IMG/VR virus record: IMGVR_UViG_3300020419_000005 | Strand: one strand, 5' to 3' | DNA from: a virus | DNA length: 64,000 nucleotides | In this document: piece after piece, positions 15,001-22,106 of the stretch | Numbering within the stretch: the first letter of the stretch is position 1 | How the letters are laid out: the number at the start of each line of letters is the position of its first letter | Notes under the pieces: generated by a model | Database searches by the model: none | Told to the model about the DNA's origin: nothing | The model's input: the letters and a program-made list of their open reading frames with translations, nothing else | Position numbers and translations under genes: made by a program

Positions 15001-18000
15001 CCATCAGTCCTGATAGTTCAGTTTCTAAGTTTTGTGTCCACTCAAATACATTTGCAGTAAACTGTGCTCCTTGACCAATAGATTCACAACGAATAGTTGT
15101 AAGACCAGTTGTATATCCAATTCCTCTATTTTCTACTGAAATACTTAATACTTTTCCTCTATCTTCACCAGTTTCTCCAATGGTTGCTTTTGCAATAGCA
15201 CCATAACCATCACCATTAATAATAATATTAGGAGGAGATGTATATCCACTACCAGAAGCGATAATAGCAATAGAAACTATACGACCATTAATTATAATTG
15301 GTTGTGCAACAGCACCCTCACCAGAGTTTAACTTAATTGTAGGAGATGAAGTATATGCAGATCCTGCTGATGTTATTGATACAGATTGAATTGGACCTCT
15401 TACAGCAGCAGTAGCAGTAGCACCTGTTCCATTGCCTCCTGAGATGCTTACAGTAGGTGCTGAGGTGTATCCTTGACCAGGTGCCTCAACTAGAACTTTA
15501 CTTACAACTCCATTTGTAATAACAGCAGTCGCAGTAGCACCGAATCCACCTCCACCAACAATAGAGACTAAAGGAGATGCAGTATATCCAGAACCACCTG
15601 CTGTTACATCAACACTGAATAGTGAACCATTTACAACAACGGTTGCTTGAGCATTTGTTCCACCACCACCAGATATTTCAATAAGTGGTTTAGATGCAGC
15701 ATCATATCCTGTACCTGCATTTACAATATCAACACTTGTAAGTCCACCAAATTTAGTCTTAACTTGAGACTTGTAAGACCAAACTGCGACACCATTTACC
15801 CAACAACCTATAGGACCAAATGATAACTCATCACGACGTGATACAGTCTCTACAATTCTTGGGAATCTACTTAATTTTCTTTGGTTTCCTGGTAAGAGAG
15901 CAGACCCAACAAACGGACCAACCTCATAGTTTGGAATACCTGTTGTAGCAATGTAAGAGTAACTTGAGTTGAAGAATGTATTTTGTACATTGGTAGTGAA
16001 CTGGTTAATTGAGTTATTAATTGCTTCTTCTGTTGATTTACCTTTATTAAGGTCAACAGACATCAAAATATTACCTTGAGGTGCATTAGGTGCAGGAGAG
16101 GCAATCTGATATGAGAATACAGTGTTACTTATACGAGATGTTACAGCAAATGTACCGTTAAACACTGTTGGGTTTGCACCATATATTGTTACAGAGTCAC
16201 CAACAAGAAGACCGTGATTATTTGTAGTATATACAGTTGCAGTTTGATTATTAAGTCCACCTGGTTCAATATTGTTTACAGATATTAATTTTTTAACATT
16301 GTATAACCAAGATGTAACTCTTTGATCTATAGATGAAGAACCAAGAGATGCAACGTTTAATTTATCACTAGGAAGATAATATGAACCAGTATCTGTAAGA
16401 ACTGTTCCTGTTGCTTCAGCAATACCAAGAACACGTAATTTTACTTCAGTATCTAGTCCTCTATTAATATAACAGAAAATATCAGAGAATATTGTTGTAC
16501 CTGCATCCCAATCTTCTACAACACCATTCTTAGAACGTGTACATTCAATAAACTGGTTAAGTGACTTTTCTTTATACTGTATTCTTTCATTATCACCCAT
16601 AATGATGATACCATTCCTTTCTGGCCAACCAATAGTAGAGTCAACAGTAATAATAGACTCAGTTGTTGTTAAAGGTTCTACAAGTGTTGTTTTATAAGGT
16701 ATTGAGAACTTTCCTTCTAATGTTTCTTCAGATATTGATAATTCATAGATTGTTCCAACACCAGTATTGATTGCGATAACGTTTTCAACTAAACAAACAG
16801 CATTTCCAACGCTTGTATCTACATCATCAGCATATTGGAATAACTGAGAGTCTAATATGTCAACAGGACTACCACTTATCAATTCTACACGAATAATAGT
16901 GTCAACAGACCAAGTTGCAGCAGATGGTTTGATTAATTCGTCTTTTGGATAAGAAACATCTACATCTTCAGAAAATAGAACTTTAAATAAGTATTCTGTA
17001 GCAGTCTTCGTACCTTTAGAGACATAAAAATCTTTTATTGTCTTTATAATCTGTGGAGCATTGATTTTAGTGTAATCAATGTCTGCATCAGGTAAAAATT
17101 GACTTACAAAACGTTCGTATAGTGTTTTTGAGAATAAAGAATCAAGGTTTTCAATAGTAACTCCAATCTCGTGAGAGGATTGAATACTTTGTGCTTCTGT
17201 TGTAAATACTTGGTTTCCTCTAATGTCATATGAAGAAACTCCAGAAACACCTCTCTTACAATTCTTAAATTGAGATGGTTTGTACTCAGAACCGTGTGAA
17301 TGTACTGTAAAACCAGTTATTTCTTGAAATCCTACATCGCAAGATGCTGCTGCTGCTTTTGGACTAGCAATAAAAACTTGAGGAGGTTCAGTGTCAGAAT
17401 ATCCATCACCAAAACTTGTTATATTAATATCAGTAATCTCACCATTGAATATTGTTGCAACAGCAGTTGCTCCTGTACCACCAATAGGATTATCAGATAA
17501 ATCTTTTCTATTATCAACAATATAAACAGATGGTGCATCATTATAACCAGATCCACCAGTTAAAAGTTGAATATCAGTTAATTTACCACCTGATACTTTA
17601 ACATCAAGTATTTGAGCACCTATAGGATCAATAATACGACATCTAGGAGGAGTTACATAACCTCTACCAGGAGAGATCATAGATATGCTTGCCACTCTAC
17701 TTTGATTGTCTAAAACTGCTACAGCAGACGCTCTAATACCAATAGGATCAACAGGAGCGTCAATATAAACTATAGGAGGAGTTGCATAGTTAAGTCCTTT
17801 TGTTAATACAGTTATAGATCCATCAATTACTTTACCGTCAGAATCTATTTGTGCATCACTAATAGTTGCACCTTGTGGATTTGTAAAACTTATAGAGGGA
17901 ATAGTATCATATCCAGATCCAGATGATTGTACATTAATTCCAGTTACTTGCCCACTAGCATCATCAATAGTTACAGTTGCTTTTGCAATAGAACCTGATG

Positions 18001-19141
18001 GATCAGCAGGAGTGTCAAATACAACTATTGGAGGGTTAGCAGAAGTATAACCTTGACCACCATCAATTAATTGTACATTCTTAATACCGTTTATAAGTGC
18101 TTCAGCAGTTGCTTCTTTTCCAGTAACACCTTCTGGAGTTAAGATAGTTGTTTTTGGAGTAAAATTAATTCTATAACCACTACCACCTTCTTTAACTATT
18201 AAATCTGTAACCTTATTATCACTTACTCTAGCAATAGCAGATGCACCTTTACCAAATTGAGGTGCAATAAGTTCAACAGATCTTACACATACTTTATCAA
18301 GTTCTGATACTGCTTCTTTTAAAATTAAATGATCATTATAAACCGTATAGTCAACGAATGGTATTTTAACAACTCCATTTATAGCAACTAAACAAGATAC
18401 TGTAGATAAAGGTGTATATGAAGCAGTATTTAATCGTAAAGGTAGTATTTTTGCACCATCAAGAGCAAGATCTATATTAATATGATCTAATATTCTAATA
18501 GGAACACTTGTGTAACCTATGAGATACTCAATTTTAGTTACTGTAGTTGATCCTGCAAGGTTTTGAGGAGGAGTTTGGAATCTAATATTTGATCCATCAA
18601 GAAAATAGTCAATATTAGGTTCTAACTGCAAACCATTGACTATAACACGTAAATACTCAACAGAACTTGGTGTAATTGGTGTTCCAAGTAGTTTTAATTG
18701 GAAACTTGTTTTAGTACCATCAAATTGTGATCTTATATTTTCTAATTCTTGTATTTTTTTATCAAATTCTAATTTATTGACACCTGGAGTAAATACAATC
18801 TCTGGTGATTTACTTATTTCTTCATAAAATATAATTTCATTATCAATCTTTATAGTACCGTCTTTCTCAAGAAAATTATCAACAGTCTCTACAGTAATAT
18901 TGTTGTCAGCAGCACCTACACGATCTAATGTTACCGATGAAGAAGAAATAAAGTTAGGATCATATTCATTACTAGAAATATCGGTATAACTTAAGATATT
19001 GTTTAGAATATCATATGGTTTACCACTTTTCTCTTGTGATTTGTAGTATTGAACTAGCAAATCGACAAAAGACTGATCCTCGTCTTTTATAAAAGCAGGG
19101 ATCTGGTCCTGTAACCTCTGGGATACCTTTACTGACTTCAT
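1..19141 (-). CDS. gp7: Giant gp7-like baseplate wedge initiator/virion structural protein, >6380 aa, 3' end outside the window
   Basis: ATG at 19141 gives MKSVKVSQRLQDQIPAFIKDEDQSFVDLLVQYYKSQE, typical of cyanophage gp7 N-termini, directly after gp6. The same frame is still open at the left edge (...YQLAKVPVGTLFPSV). The ORF track reports no terminated ORF in this frame, consistent with no internal stop. Confidence 0.85.
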   Translation of the reverse strand, partial: MKSVKVSQRLQDQIPAFIKDEDQSFVDLLVQYYKSQEKSGKPYDILNNILSYTDISSNEYDPNFISSSSVTLDRVGAADNNITVETVDNFLEKDGTIKIDNEIIFYEEISKSPEIVFTPGVNKLEFDKKIQELENIRSQFDGTKTSFQLKLLGTPITPSSVEYLRVIVNGLQLEPNIDYFLDGSNIRFQTPPQNLAGSTTVTKIEYLIGYTSVPIRILDHINIDLALDGAKILPLRLNTASYTPLSTVSCLVAINGVVKIPFVDYTVYNDHLILKEAVSELDKVCVRSVELIAPQFGKGASAIARVSDNKVTDLIVKEGGSGYRINFTPKTTILTPEGVTGKEATAEALINGIKNVQLIDGGQGYTSANPPIVVFDTPADPSGSIAKATVTIDDASGQVTGINVQSSGSGYDTIPSISFTNPQGATISDAQIDSDGKVIDGSITVLTKGLNYATPPIVYIDAPVDPIGIRASAVAVLDNQSRVASISMISPGRGYVTPPRCRIIDPIGAQILDVKVSGGKLTDIQLLTGGSGYNDAPSVYIVDNRKDLSDNPIGGTGATAVATIFNGEITDINITSFGDGYSDTEPPQVFIASPKAAAASCDVGFQEITGFTVHSHGSEYKPSQFKNCKRGVSGVSSYDIRGNQVFTTEAQSIQSSHEIGVTIENLDSLFSKTLYERFVSQFLPDADIDYTKINAPQIIKTIKDFYVSKGTKTATEYLFKVLFSEDVDVSYPKDELIKPSAATWSVDTIIRVELISGSPVDILDSQLFQYADDVDTSVGNAVCLVENVIAINTGVGTIYELSISEETLEGKFSIPYKTTLVEPLTTTESIITVDSTIGWPERNGIIIMGDNERIQYKEKSLNQFIECTRSKNGVVEDWDAGTTIFSDIFCYINRGLDTEVKLRVLGIAEATGTVLTDTGSYYLPSDKLNVASLGSSSIDQRVTSWLYNVKKLISVNNIEPGGLNNQTATVYTTNNHGLLVGDSVTIYGANPTVFNGTFAVTSRISNTVFSYQIASPAPNAPQGNILMSVDLNKGKSTEEAINNSINQFTTNVQNTFFNSSYSYIATTGIPNYEVGPFVGSALLPGNQRKLSRFPRIVETVSRRDELSFGPIGCWVNGVAVWSYKSQVKTKFGGLTSVDIVNAGTGYDAASKPLIEISGGGGTNAQATVVVNGSLFSVDVTAGGSGYTASPLVSIVGGGGFGATATAVITNGVVSKVLVEAPGQGYTSAPTVSISGGNGTGATATAAVRGPIQSVSITSAGSAYTSSPTIKLNSGEGAVAQPIIINGRIVSIAIIASGSGYTSPPNIIINGDGYGAIAKATIGETGEDRGKVLSISVENRGIGYTTGLTTIRCESIGQGAQFTANVFEWTQNLETELSGLMDPSRGYVFAGYNTQYGGEYAHLSDPKQLRYVLGDNVFKDPATGNLRELSSGLRHSPIIGWAFDGNPIYGPYGYIDAADQSSGIKRCVSSYRVKPILLFDSATNPNPVRTDGPLLSDKPAGTYIEDYEYVFQDGDLDQYNGRFCKTPEYPEGTYAYFVSIDASEAGLPIFPYICGPQLYSQPDTWNYSQDAVQTNIPADVVRFRDPYEDVDIDIDRTPNQDTDTLVTELGDEFIFEIEDTNRDGVISTLEQNELNYISEEPVLQLFDYYPRVSTRSQVDIEIDTTTKFEDAKISGFVVENPGISYKVNDKLFFDNADTGGYGASAKVESVKGITVSQYTSSMSGDSPLAKITTADEHDLRVGDEIIVDSIPIIDQTNKTFRVKVVAGVETVTISQQGLGYNEDIPPNYEIVSGTGQDFRLQLVREESGAVNNVNIINSGSAYSASSPPEVRVSHPQRYKKANYALTLLDENSSIEKIVKIKDIAIADDRTFYVVGEADDLDGDSAGLIAKFNSDGRLLWTRTMAPLQPASGNKRCVFNKIYLENTSPHSIYVVGETIPNSVNLTYNPDLVVAKYTSGFDGFNNPTAVPVWQREIAGISGSTRRDYITSLTIDSDGQIYIGGTTDTNSPNPDDMWIALLDSQGAIKEKRKICTTSGSEQMTDLKFVSNDTCIFVGVNDPAGTGEIVVGETYYDTATIEVQWSRQFGNTSYRFSNPRITVDDYGSRYVTATAYSIANTKNVGILYMKFAPTDYKTPSVVKMLAPNATFEDIQSTGVQFDIFGNVDVGAYVKYAFNDHRAIIFKVSWNTSNILTASSVKQVSGIGFQPTTVTNDNSGDTLIAGDKIESNELFISNFESTVNEDETFNNTLTAGWNSDPALSTSKFKYGAQSADTTSAARRLSLDWGADVSSTYTIESWIAIGAAQYAAQATTPQIIQVVPNAGDNATVELDGVSGSANFGKYILKLGSNTYYSTSTTNWTTFNNEAWVHVALVKSSPGVGTYVYKVFANGIEQLSVTSTTVDTQLKSVFLFGKSSPVVASSIKGYIDNISVSTLAKYSDTFTPAQAVGSNKKVSGFCFKLDREQTKTGTFTLSTVQTGMQITVAAAVNDFTFNTQVITSGDWALGPAGLQILDYADVVSNNVEGTYSFASTDQIYETRTATIPTPLGKKLLLSTTVIPKFYIRDAVYQSIDAVKTVTFNQAATFTKGSLLQQYSVIGGQDVISAYGTIVNVGTNSVDIGNIIGTFDTTKLLKSSVNDVNTIAQTFLVETTIPQWVTNNNYTTGDEVYNAGKIYTSGTTAVSGATAPVHTVGTVTDGSINWIYTRPAGSFNVDLANTSYSSGNLGQFATWKPFVAEDYIIKIEGVYEDSNFIKGDTLDAAAVGISATFDATGKIITIAGLVGVKKFHLTSNLAKDVIPSGALTFTDLVFCVANSKHNFTANEIIFVEGFTTTEYGGSFFVEEVLDSRRFIYRLRSTAVQDPTFVSSTIGSVNIYAKHPELLFVRRHQYIFDLDDPSNLGYYMSFSKDNQYKLEYPFVNIVREGIPGLTDQTSPKPLVKFIVDDDVTNISYYFDPSRTLPSNSPVGEASFIDVIQTPYKGTFRINAILSDTEFTFPLLVEPEKTNAPLGTTETGLTRASYSTTSTKAIGPISNIKLVNPGGFYQKLPIVTDISSDREIEKIRILSGGTEYINGIYYNVNIAGDGEGGLCNITVSDDGELTGVITNVVLTSPGKGYTTASIDIDTIPGILGNLLQGSGGNLEVVIPNEGSGASVFLQGASIGKIKKLKNNEFGFGYSHDYTLRPEITFPVNLQLFNTALLSEIKITNPGSGYTSVPRVVIEGGGGSGAEAEAIIKNNRLNEIIIKNPGSGYSSEPSVTLKSEFNYVVNLDLGYLQFNFPHGITTGAAVQLRAEDLGSTIGILPKPSSAGLVSLSSTTTYYAIAGEANSLEADQLRIALTQVDAESGNFITFLTQGDGRQILLTEVFGGLATAIVETSRFLRGELVYQGSSLETATATGYVSENEGWQIGPRILKLENYTGTWTIGERVTAQVSRASGLIDNLSIARGTLNIDSMTTTTGQFIDDVGKPSEIVQKIQDSYFYQNFSYVIKSQTPINEWRKSILETNHPTGFNMFGELSLAAGKDISGRKVVSDLVKEVNIFSATNINKITSFANSQPIYTEFNNTEVLFRQRRLTNSEEILTSIVKKLDNIDNDFNGVKTQFALTVEGDSVTATDDQLLILINGVAQSPGTAFTTSGPSVVFSEPPKAPSRIKFRNLTFSQINITRFTFSSTSGIFPTTGKPIRSLQNEGTAIVIDTGVDYIDIIDQAGTFQINDNVLASSTGFDGVLSAVNGLTSKTIYEQGERITNLAGDFAIIEENNLRDGTVDARLVVSRTSGTSEFETGDFNIKFNDTIYSAASKIAARVSVIAPYTDDTSQQIIDTVDLSPPSSFFGLIFQRVPSITYPNTILDNISETVINPEELYNEGTANNQDFLDFEEVRNQEIRYNYLSGSQFTAGDSIRNKQIYYDNASLVGVDDQRSFDAAVLIRKNARFIAEEAVGLMKAFYPSFTVPSLGGDRDCEDDIVDILNIVAYQLEVDGNSEIWDAASTYVQGNAIYHVDGEVAQTIYAFNKARDLAIQCIRNEVISVNTTTLPQYKDPTITAEFDVISASHSGARDLILNNKWFIAYEALHYAKTQNPGYNVSGGDVHCLSDIVDVLEAMVYNLAHGGNNFVYKATKKTLQYGVTSGDRDTIVNAFTKAREIAIVVMKNDSWTKAGSHNWNQVTGTELADETTVESAIITLMNILITNLGSTASPGTVAAFQAAVTETAPSAALAGYTNSCVNQANAITSYMRIITDTLEDPTGGTPATYQWSITNVPRVLPPYAFVDGETLRCAKHAYQDKSSGGFFVFGDTVKAITSGATYDVIGSNAGNKWIFSKQISGVLQKGEYITNSKLTYQNVTQDKLTFKTDSGSLKFSGTSSYATFPSSDAVLFGDGADAATGDYTMELWIRPASVTGTQRLIDLRESSSDTKLGILMSGQSLRLSIGASDVITVSSAITTINNWYHIAVSRSTSVTKLFVNGQQMGTYTDTNNYNANSKITIGAGWNNANPFNGWIDNLIIRKGISQYNSSFTPPIVFTSSTNISFAILGEAPFPMEQSAVYATYVDHIISTATADEVELWRSELTTEGVDLSREEYRICAEVIRKNIDYIAEEAVGRLRARYPDFVIPGDGGGSMYGSNVCLRDTKAYIIPAIIDDLISGGNFQTTIVGRAYIEGSGSLQHIGGEQLQSIYTWREVAKLCIDVITLDETTLDGTYSYKVRVPNYFSSPASSQIQTDIMTLVDDLLDVIGPTGHRFRDGADLIYFNRKAIADESVFYIENKYQVQVGFSTVNKLTIPNRAKCVRDIRDHILPAIAGDLITGGNFETQAMIDSYLDNETNINYIEDELLAMIDAIEYAKKLAQKAIQGLLIGRNENPAQVAADFSDYYQMLYTDESVYRDDTITIDPKAYTGSDRDLDAANLLEQNAKTIAGEAVDILTKTSFAQSKKFKVPGGKVNCEDDIVDIIESVAHDLRFGGNSESYDAAALYLNTDLALTHVSAQSEETIYAFKLARDMSILTIRNRLGFTPYESETATGGLGQAIQRPDYYNNATTNGYYDAANEIENNIRFIATTAVGRGMSQYASLAFSGGYNYQSCVDDVVDLLEALVFNLKHGGNNRMWYSSEFYITVGNAIQHISNQATEVKYIFEQARDIAIQIMRQQIVTINGVTEGYAQYDSSITIDGTNTQTGNLTPTNAEYFPTTGNLRLTVNGHILTTGDSIQINPNSLTFTCDFDNDATTHTYPRSLDPSSGALLPITATTTNTFTVNVGTTANGTHDVSNAIYEEATGNLFLDIGTNNLDVGRHIKLPDNAITFTCTKDGNATNHSYPRSSDYASGKSLEVLEVSDSGFTATGATYSPTTGAMTLTVNQHGFSNGDQIRLVNNSLNFTCTMDNNYSVHSYPRPSDPASNQYLTISNVSTNTFDVNVGSTNTLNYTPSNVQYSPTTGDMVITIGNHSLVPGSHIKIADNSLIFTCAEDSNATEHAYPRTTTTIHQSTGAVYEPSTGMMQLTVPQHGFVNGDQIKIATDSLTFTCGQDNNQTNHTYPRATDPAADSWLEISDVTFNTFKVQVLLSTGIPSTNTTPHTYVSSGTNNITWKKDRAYDVPLTVKAVGQTTITVNVLASGRTPSTNVTTHTFVNAAQNAISAGGNYTHTFISGATDGVRFKDGRIKVNVNPAPTSEQYPHTFVSAVSGAVEYGGNHQHAFVSANTNAIKYIIGGGGVRCVNEAASITTLMNIPINLFDSSNTSNPTAYMTGITRTLPTEWPLTGERAIRRDVSITYDSAGSGNCTTQSSAINTLWEILINTVETAAAGNGSHLATITRTAPVTTNTVYKGGTCYDVTSAAHVLFKVLLHGLGSGTEMYKQSARLLKYNDTYTQLESYEKTLTQYPGYAGDATFAVPIQNAIVYDFVTNGNARTLQLVNSWFDADGNFVAYPTLFRTRLLYHARMIKELMDHILLGTAPDPGVNANQPLYSLDGTNPDRELRPTITASHKLHQLFHLILTALQYSQFPTTYLRTQFDAGVAVYDGVINVANNFEPYDRVEYIVLGSNIPELDGTVYYIHPNSTSSKIVLTEYIDGEPLVLSPGLASQLHTLAVAVDPGVDRVPTTYGTRDVPTPIKAGFNLADVIYGGTSNATAQIVRMEDNLADIMYQAKYMTCNTFSAQGGGTGIKIQNGEMVVVQGATSNTGKVLATDNETYIKLIDYNGTFTPGDTIEGVTSGGTCTFASDHDRVLVNFRQGEFIATDKFFSTATGSKATALIVRNNNGALIDNQSGRITYDISTVTGEFKPQDVIYGSVTDQIIEIESFVTLPNFGEYVHGRQITRLTYSALITDTGVSDTFNVGDVLQVQSGGISIGWTVTVTEIDTNNNYVFVANETGTPEGVTISDIGSNTQYQLAKVPVGTLFPSV

Positions 19142-19160
19142 CTGTTATTATTCTCGGTGC

Positions 19161-21254
19161 TTAGAAGCAAGTGTCAAACTCAGGGTATTCAAATACCGTG
19201 GTTGGATAGTCAATTATATTTATCGAGGTTCCGTCAAAGTTAATTGGAGTAAAATCTAGCGGATCGAAGTTTGGAACATTAGTTCCATCAATAGTGTAAT
19301 CAATAGTGATTACTTGTGGGTTGAAAATAGTAGGATCAACGCCAGTTCCTATGTTTACGTTACCACTATCAAGTAAAACTGTGATAGGGATACGTGTTGT
19401 TCCATCAGGAGTGCTTGCTACGTTTATTGGACCTAAGCAAACTTCTCCAGTTTTGTAATTTACAGTTCCAACACCAGACTTAAGAATTACTTCTTTTTCG
19501 TCAAGTTTTGTAACCATTATTAAATTACCTTTACCATCATCTCTTACATTTACAGGTAAAAGAGCACTGGTATCATTTTCAACAAATGTACTAATACTTA
19601 ATACTGAATTTGTTGATAGTTGTTGAGATGATACAGCAAGATCTAATAAAGAATCTGTATAACCTGTTGAGTAGAATGTTCCACTCTTTACTGATGAAAA
19701 TTTAGGATCACAAGTTATAGCAGTAGAACCATCACTAGGTGAACCTGCACCAATATCACCAGGATTCACTATCGCATTACCAAAATCAACACACTGAGTA
19801 AATGTGCTTCCCAGTGGGAATCCTGTGACATTTAAACCAAGAGTCATAGTGGTTTGATTACCAACTATGGAATTCTGGGATTGATCTATCATTGTTTGGA
19901 ACGCAGATGTATCAATTCTTCCGTTAAATCTATTAGAAGATCCTTGTGTATTATAATCATCAATAGCACCTAGAACTCTAGATGCAAGTTCATTATTAGA
20001 AAGTGATGTTGAAGTTCCATCAAAGAAAACATAAGTCTTAGGACGTATGTATAAAGTGGTAGGATCGATAATCACTGGTTCGATCGCTGCCATAGAGTAT
20101 TTCAACAGATCATTTTTAATACGCTTTTTAGTAGTTGCGTTTAATGCTGCACCAGACTTAGTTTTTACTGCCACATATACTTTTCCGTACACTGGTGGAT
20201 AGACTCTTTCTCCACCATAAGCAGTAACAGACCTTGCCTGTGGATAAACCAATTTAGTAATGTACTCATAGTCGGACTCCGTGACTGCTCTGTTTTGGGC
20301 ACTGAATGCCCTTGGAGCATTGTACTTGATAGATATAACATCTTCTCCCTCTTCACCGTCCTGAGAGGCATCTACGGTCGCTATAGAGATATTTGCAGAT
20401 GATACAGCACGACCAGTATTATCTCTAACTTGTCCTATAAATGTAAACTTCTTACAACCGTTTGCTTCTGGTCCTAAAGTTCTAACATACTTAAGTCTTA
20501 TAACTTCACCTGCGATTAGTTCTCTACCGATAATACCATCACCAAATATAATAGTATATCTAAGATCATCTGTTTCTTCTAAGAAATAACCACGAGTTGT
20601 ACCATCTACATTTACAATATTTGTAATTTGATTATAGGTATCAATTTCTTCACTCTGTGCGTTAGGTGATATAGACACATAAAGTAAGTCTGTATCTACG
20701 TTGTCAACAGGTATATCATATTTTCTCTTTTTAACATCAGTTACATTGTACTCATACTCTAATAAGTTACCTTGATATATTACTGTCTTATTGAATGTCG
20801 CAATACCAGTTTGCTGATCTACCATTGAAGTCAATGCTTCTGGAACTGTAAATGTAAATGCCTGACCATCAACAGACGATACAAATACATCTCCCTGTGG
20901 AATAGTAACAGTAGATGGATAAGTTGTACTAGAACCGACATACACGGTTTGTACAGCAAATGCAACACACGCTTTTGCTGCTTTTATTGATCTAGGAGTA
21001 TAATTTAACTGCTTTGCTATCTTTACTACGTTATCTCTTATTGTTGCTGACTCTAAAAATGCTTCATTCATTGCCATATTAGCATTGAATGCAGAATAGT
21101 AAGTATTATATGCTAGTACGTCTAGTAGATATGACGCAGCAGATCCATCAAAATCATAATCTGTAAATTCTGTTCTAGTTCTTAAGTATGATTTGATCGA
21201 TTCTTTTATTTCTCCAAAGTCTAGAGAAGTTAAATTCGATGGTATTGCGGGCAT
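19161..21254 (-). CDS. gp6: Baseplate wedge protein gp6
   Basis: LTSLDFGEIKESIKSYL...DYDFDGS..SYLLDVLAYNTYY and QNRAVTESDY motifs; lies between gp25 and gp7. Confidence 0.92.
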   Translation of the reverse strand: MPAIPSNLTSLDFGEIKESIKSYLRTRTEFTDYDFDGSAASYLLDVLAYNTYYSAFNANMAMNEAFLESATIRDNVVKIAKQLNYTPRSIKAAKACVAFAVQTVYVGSSTTYPSTVTIPQGDVFVSSVDGQAFTFTVPEALTSMVDQQTGIATFNKTVIYQGNLLEYEYNVTDVKKRKYDIPVDNVDTDLLYVSISPNAQSEEIDTYNQITNIVNVDGTTRGYFLEETDDLRYTIIFGDGIIGRELIAGEVIRLKYVRTLGPEANGCKKFTFIGQVRDNTGRAVSSANISIATVDASQDGEEGEDVISIKYNAPRAFSAQNRAVTESDYEYITKLVYPQARSVTAYGGERVYPPVYGKVYVAVKTKSGAALNATTKKRIKNDLLKYSMAAIEPVIIDPTTLYIRPKTYVFFDGTSTSLSNNELASRVLGAIDDYNTQGSSNRFNGRIDTSAFQTMIDQSQNSIVGNQTTMTLGLNVTGFPLGSTFTQCVDFGNAIVNPGDIGAGSPSDGSTAITCDPKFSSVKSGTFYSTGYTDSLLDLAVSSQQLSTNSVLSISTFVENDTSALLPVNVRDDGKGNLIMVTKLDEKEVILKSGVGTVNYKTGEVCLGPINVASTPDGTTRIPITVLLDSGNVNIGTGVDPTIFNPQVITIDYTIDGTNVPNFDPLDFTPINFDGTSINIIDYPTTVFEYPEFDTCF

Positions 21255-21668
21255 TTATATTGTCTCCAATAGGAAGTCAACAGTTTGTATCAAAGTTTCA
21301 CCAACAATAGTATAGTCAAATTCAACTCGAAGAGTATTAGTATCTTCATCATCTTGAAAAACTCTAACCTGACGAACTGCAATTCTTGGTTCTAGTCTTG
21401 TAATAACGTTAATGATTTCTTCTTTTATGTCTTGTGCGACAAAGACATCATATGGTTCAAATAATAATTCTCTCAGACGTGATCCAGTTTTAGGTTGAAA
21501 TGGTCTTTCACCTATTCCAGTTAATACTAAATTACGAACTGATTGTTTAATAGCGTTTTCATTCTTAACCACAGTAAAATCTTCAGTATTCGGATTTGAT
21601 TTCATCAAAATACTGAAGTCTTTAAATGATCTGCTAAGTGTTCGTTCTGCTCGGAACTTGTACGCCAT
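21255..21668 (-). CDS. gp25: Baseplate wedge subunit gp25
   Basis: AIKQSVRNLVLT..GERPFQP..GS.L..LLFE and LEPRI motifs. Confidence 0.92.
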   Translation of the reverse strand: MAYKFRAERTLSRSFKDFSILMKSNPNTEDFTVVKNENAIKQSVRNLVLTGIGERPFQPKTGSRLRELLFEPYDVFVAQDIKEEIINVITRLEPRIAVRQVRVFQDDEDTNTLRVEFDYTIVGETLIQTVDFLLETI

Positions 21669-21694
21669 TACTCAAAACTTTCATTTGTTTTAAG

Positions 21695-21702
21695 TATTTA
21701 TC
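21695..21702 (-). promoter_or_regulatory. T4-type late promoter (GATAAATA)
   Basis: ATAAATA about 27 nt upstream of the gp25 start. Confidence 0.6.
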
Positions 21703-21767
21703 ACGTTTAGGCATAGTTACTAACCACTGACCACTTTTGACAAATTCTTCACTCATATCTGTCCTAA

Positions 21768-21905
21768 TCATTTACCTTGTCCTCGGTAACGTTTCTTCGC
21801 TTCATTGCGAGAAGTAGCAGAATACTTGCTGTGTTGTCCTGTTCCTTGTCTAGTCTTTTTTGGTTTAGATTCAATGGAATTACCCATACTAAAAGTTTTT
21901 GCCAT
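21768..21905 (-). CDS. Small basic conserved cyanophage protein (ends YRGQGK)
   Basis: Hand translation MAKTFSMGNSIESKPKKTRQGTGQHSKYSATSRNEAKKRYRGQGK; below the ORF-track cutoff. Confidence 0.7.
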   Translation of the reverse strand: MAKTFSMGNSIESKPKKTRQGTGQHSKYSATSRNEAKKRYRGQGK

Positions 21906-21964
21906 AATTTGAAATAATGTGATTAAGAGGGCACTCCTTCTATGTGGAGATCTTTTGTACTCCC

Positions 21965-22102
21965 TCAGACTGAGTGACTATAATCTATATCTATATCAAT
22001 TCCCGACTCATCAGGAATCTCTAAGACATCTTCCTCTTGACCTTCCAACATTTTTTTCATCCAATCATCAAACTCATTTTCTATTGTTTTAGTTTTTTCC
22101 AT
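21965..22102 (-). CDS. Small acidic hypothetical protein
   Basis: Hand translation MEKTKTIENEFDDWMKKMLEGQEEDVLEIPDESGIDIDIDYSHSV; follows the PAAR gene. Confidence 0.5.
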   Translation of the reverse strand: MEKTKTIENEFDDWMKKMLEGQEEDVLEIPDESGIDIDIDYSHSV

Positions 22103-22106
22103 TGAA

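Noticed and set aside
1691-18827. Fourteen short ORFs from the track on both strands
   Set aside because: All lie within the giant gp7-like frame and have shadow-like composition
1-19141. Stop-codon recoding as the reason for the missing large ORF
   Set aside because: The standard code gives an open frame; the ORF is missing only because its stop lies outside the window
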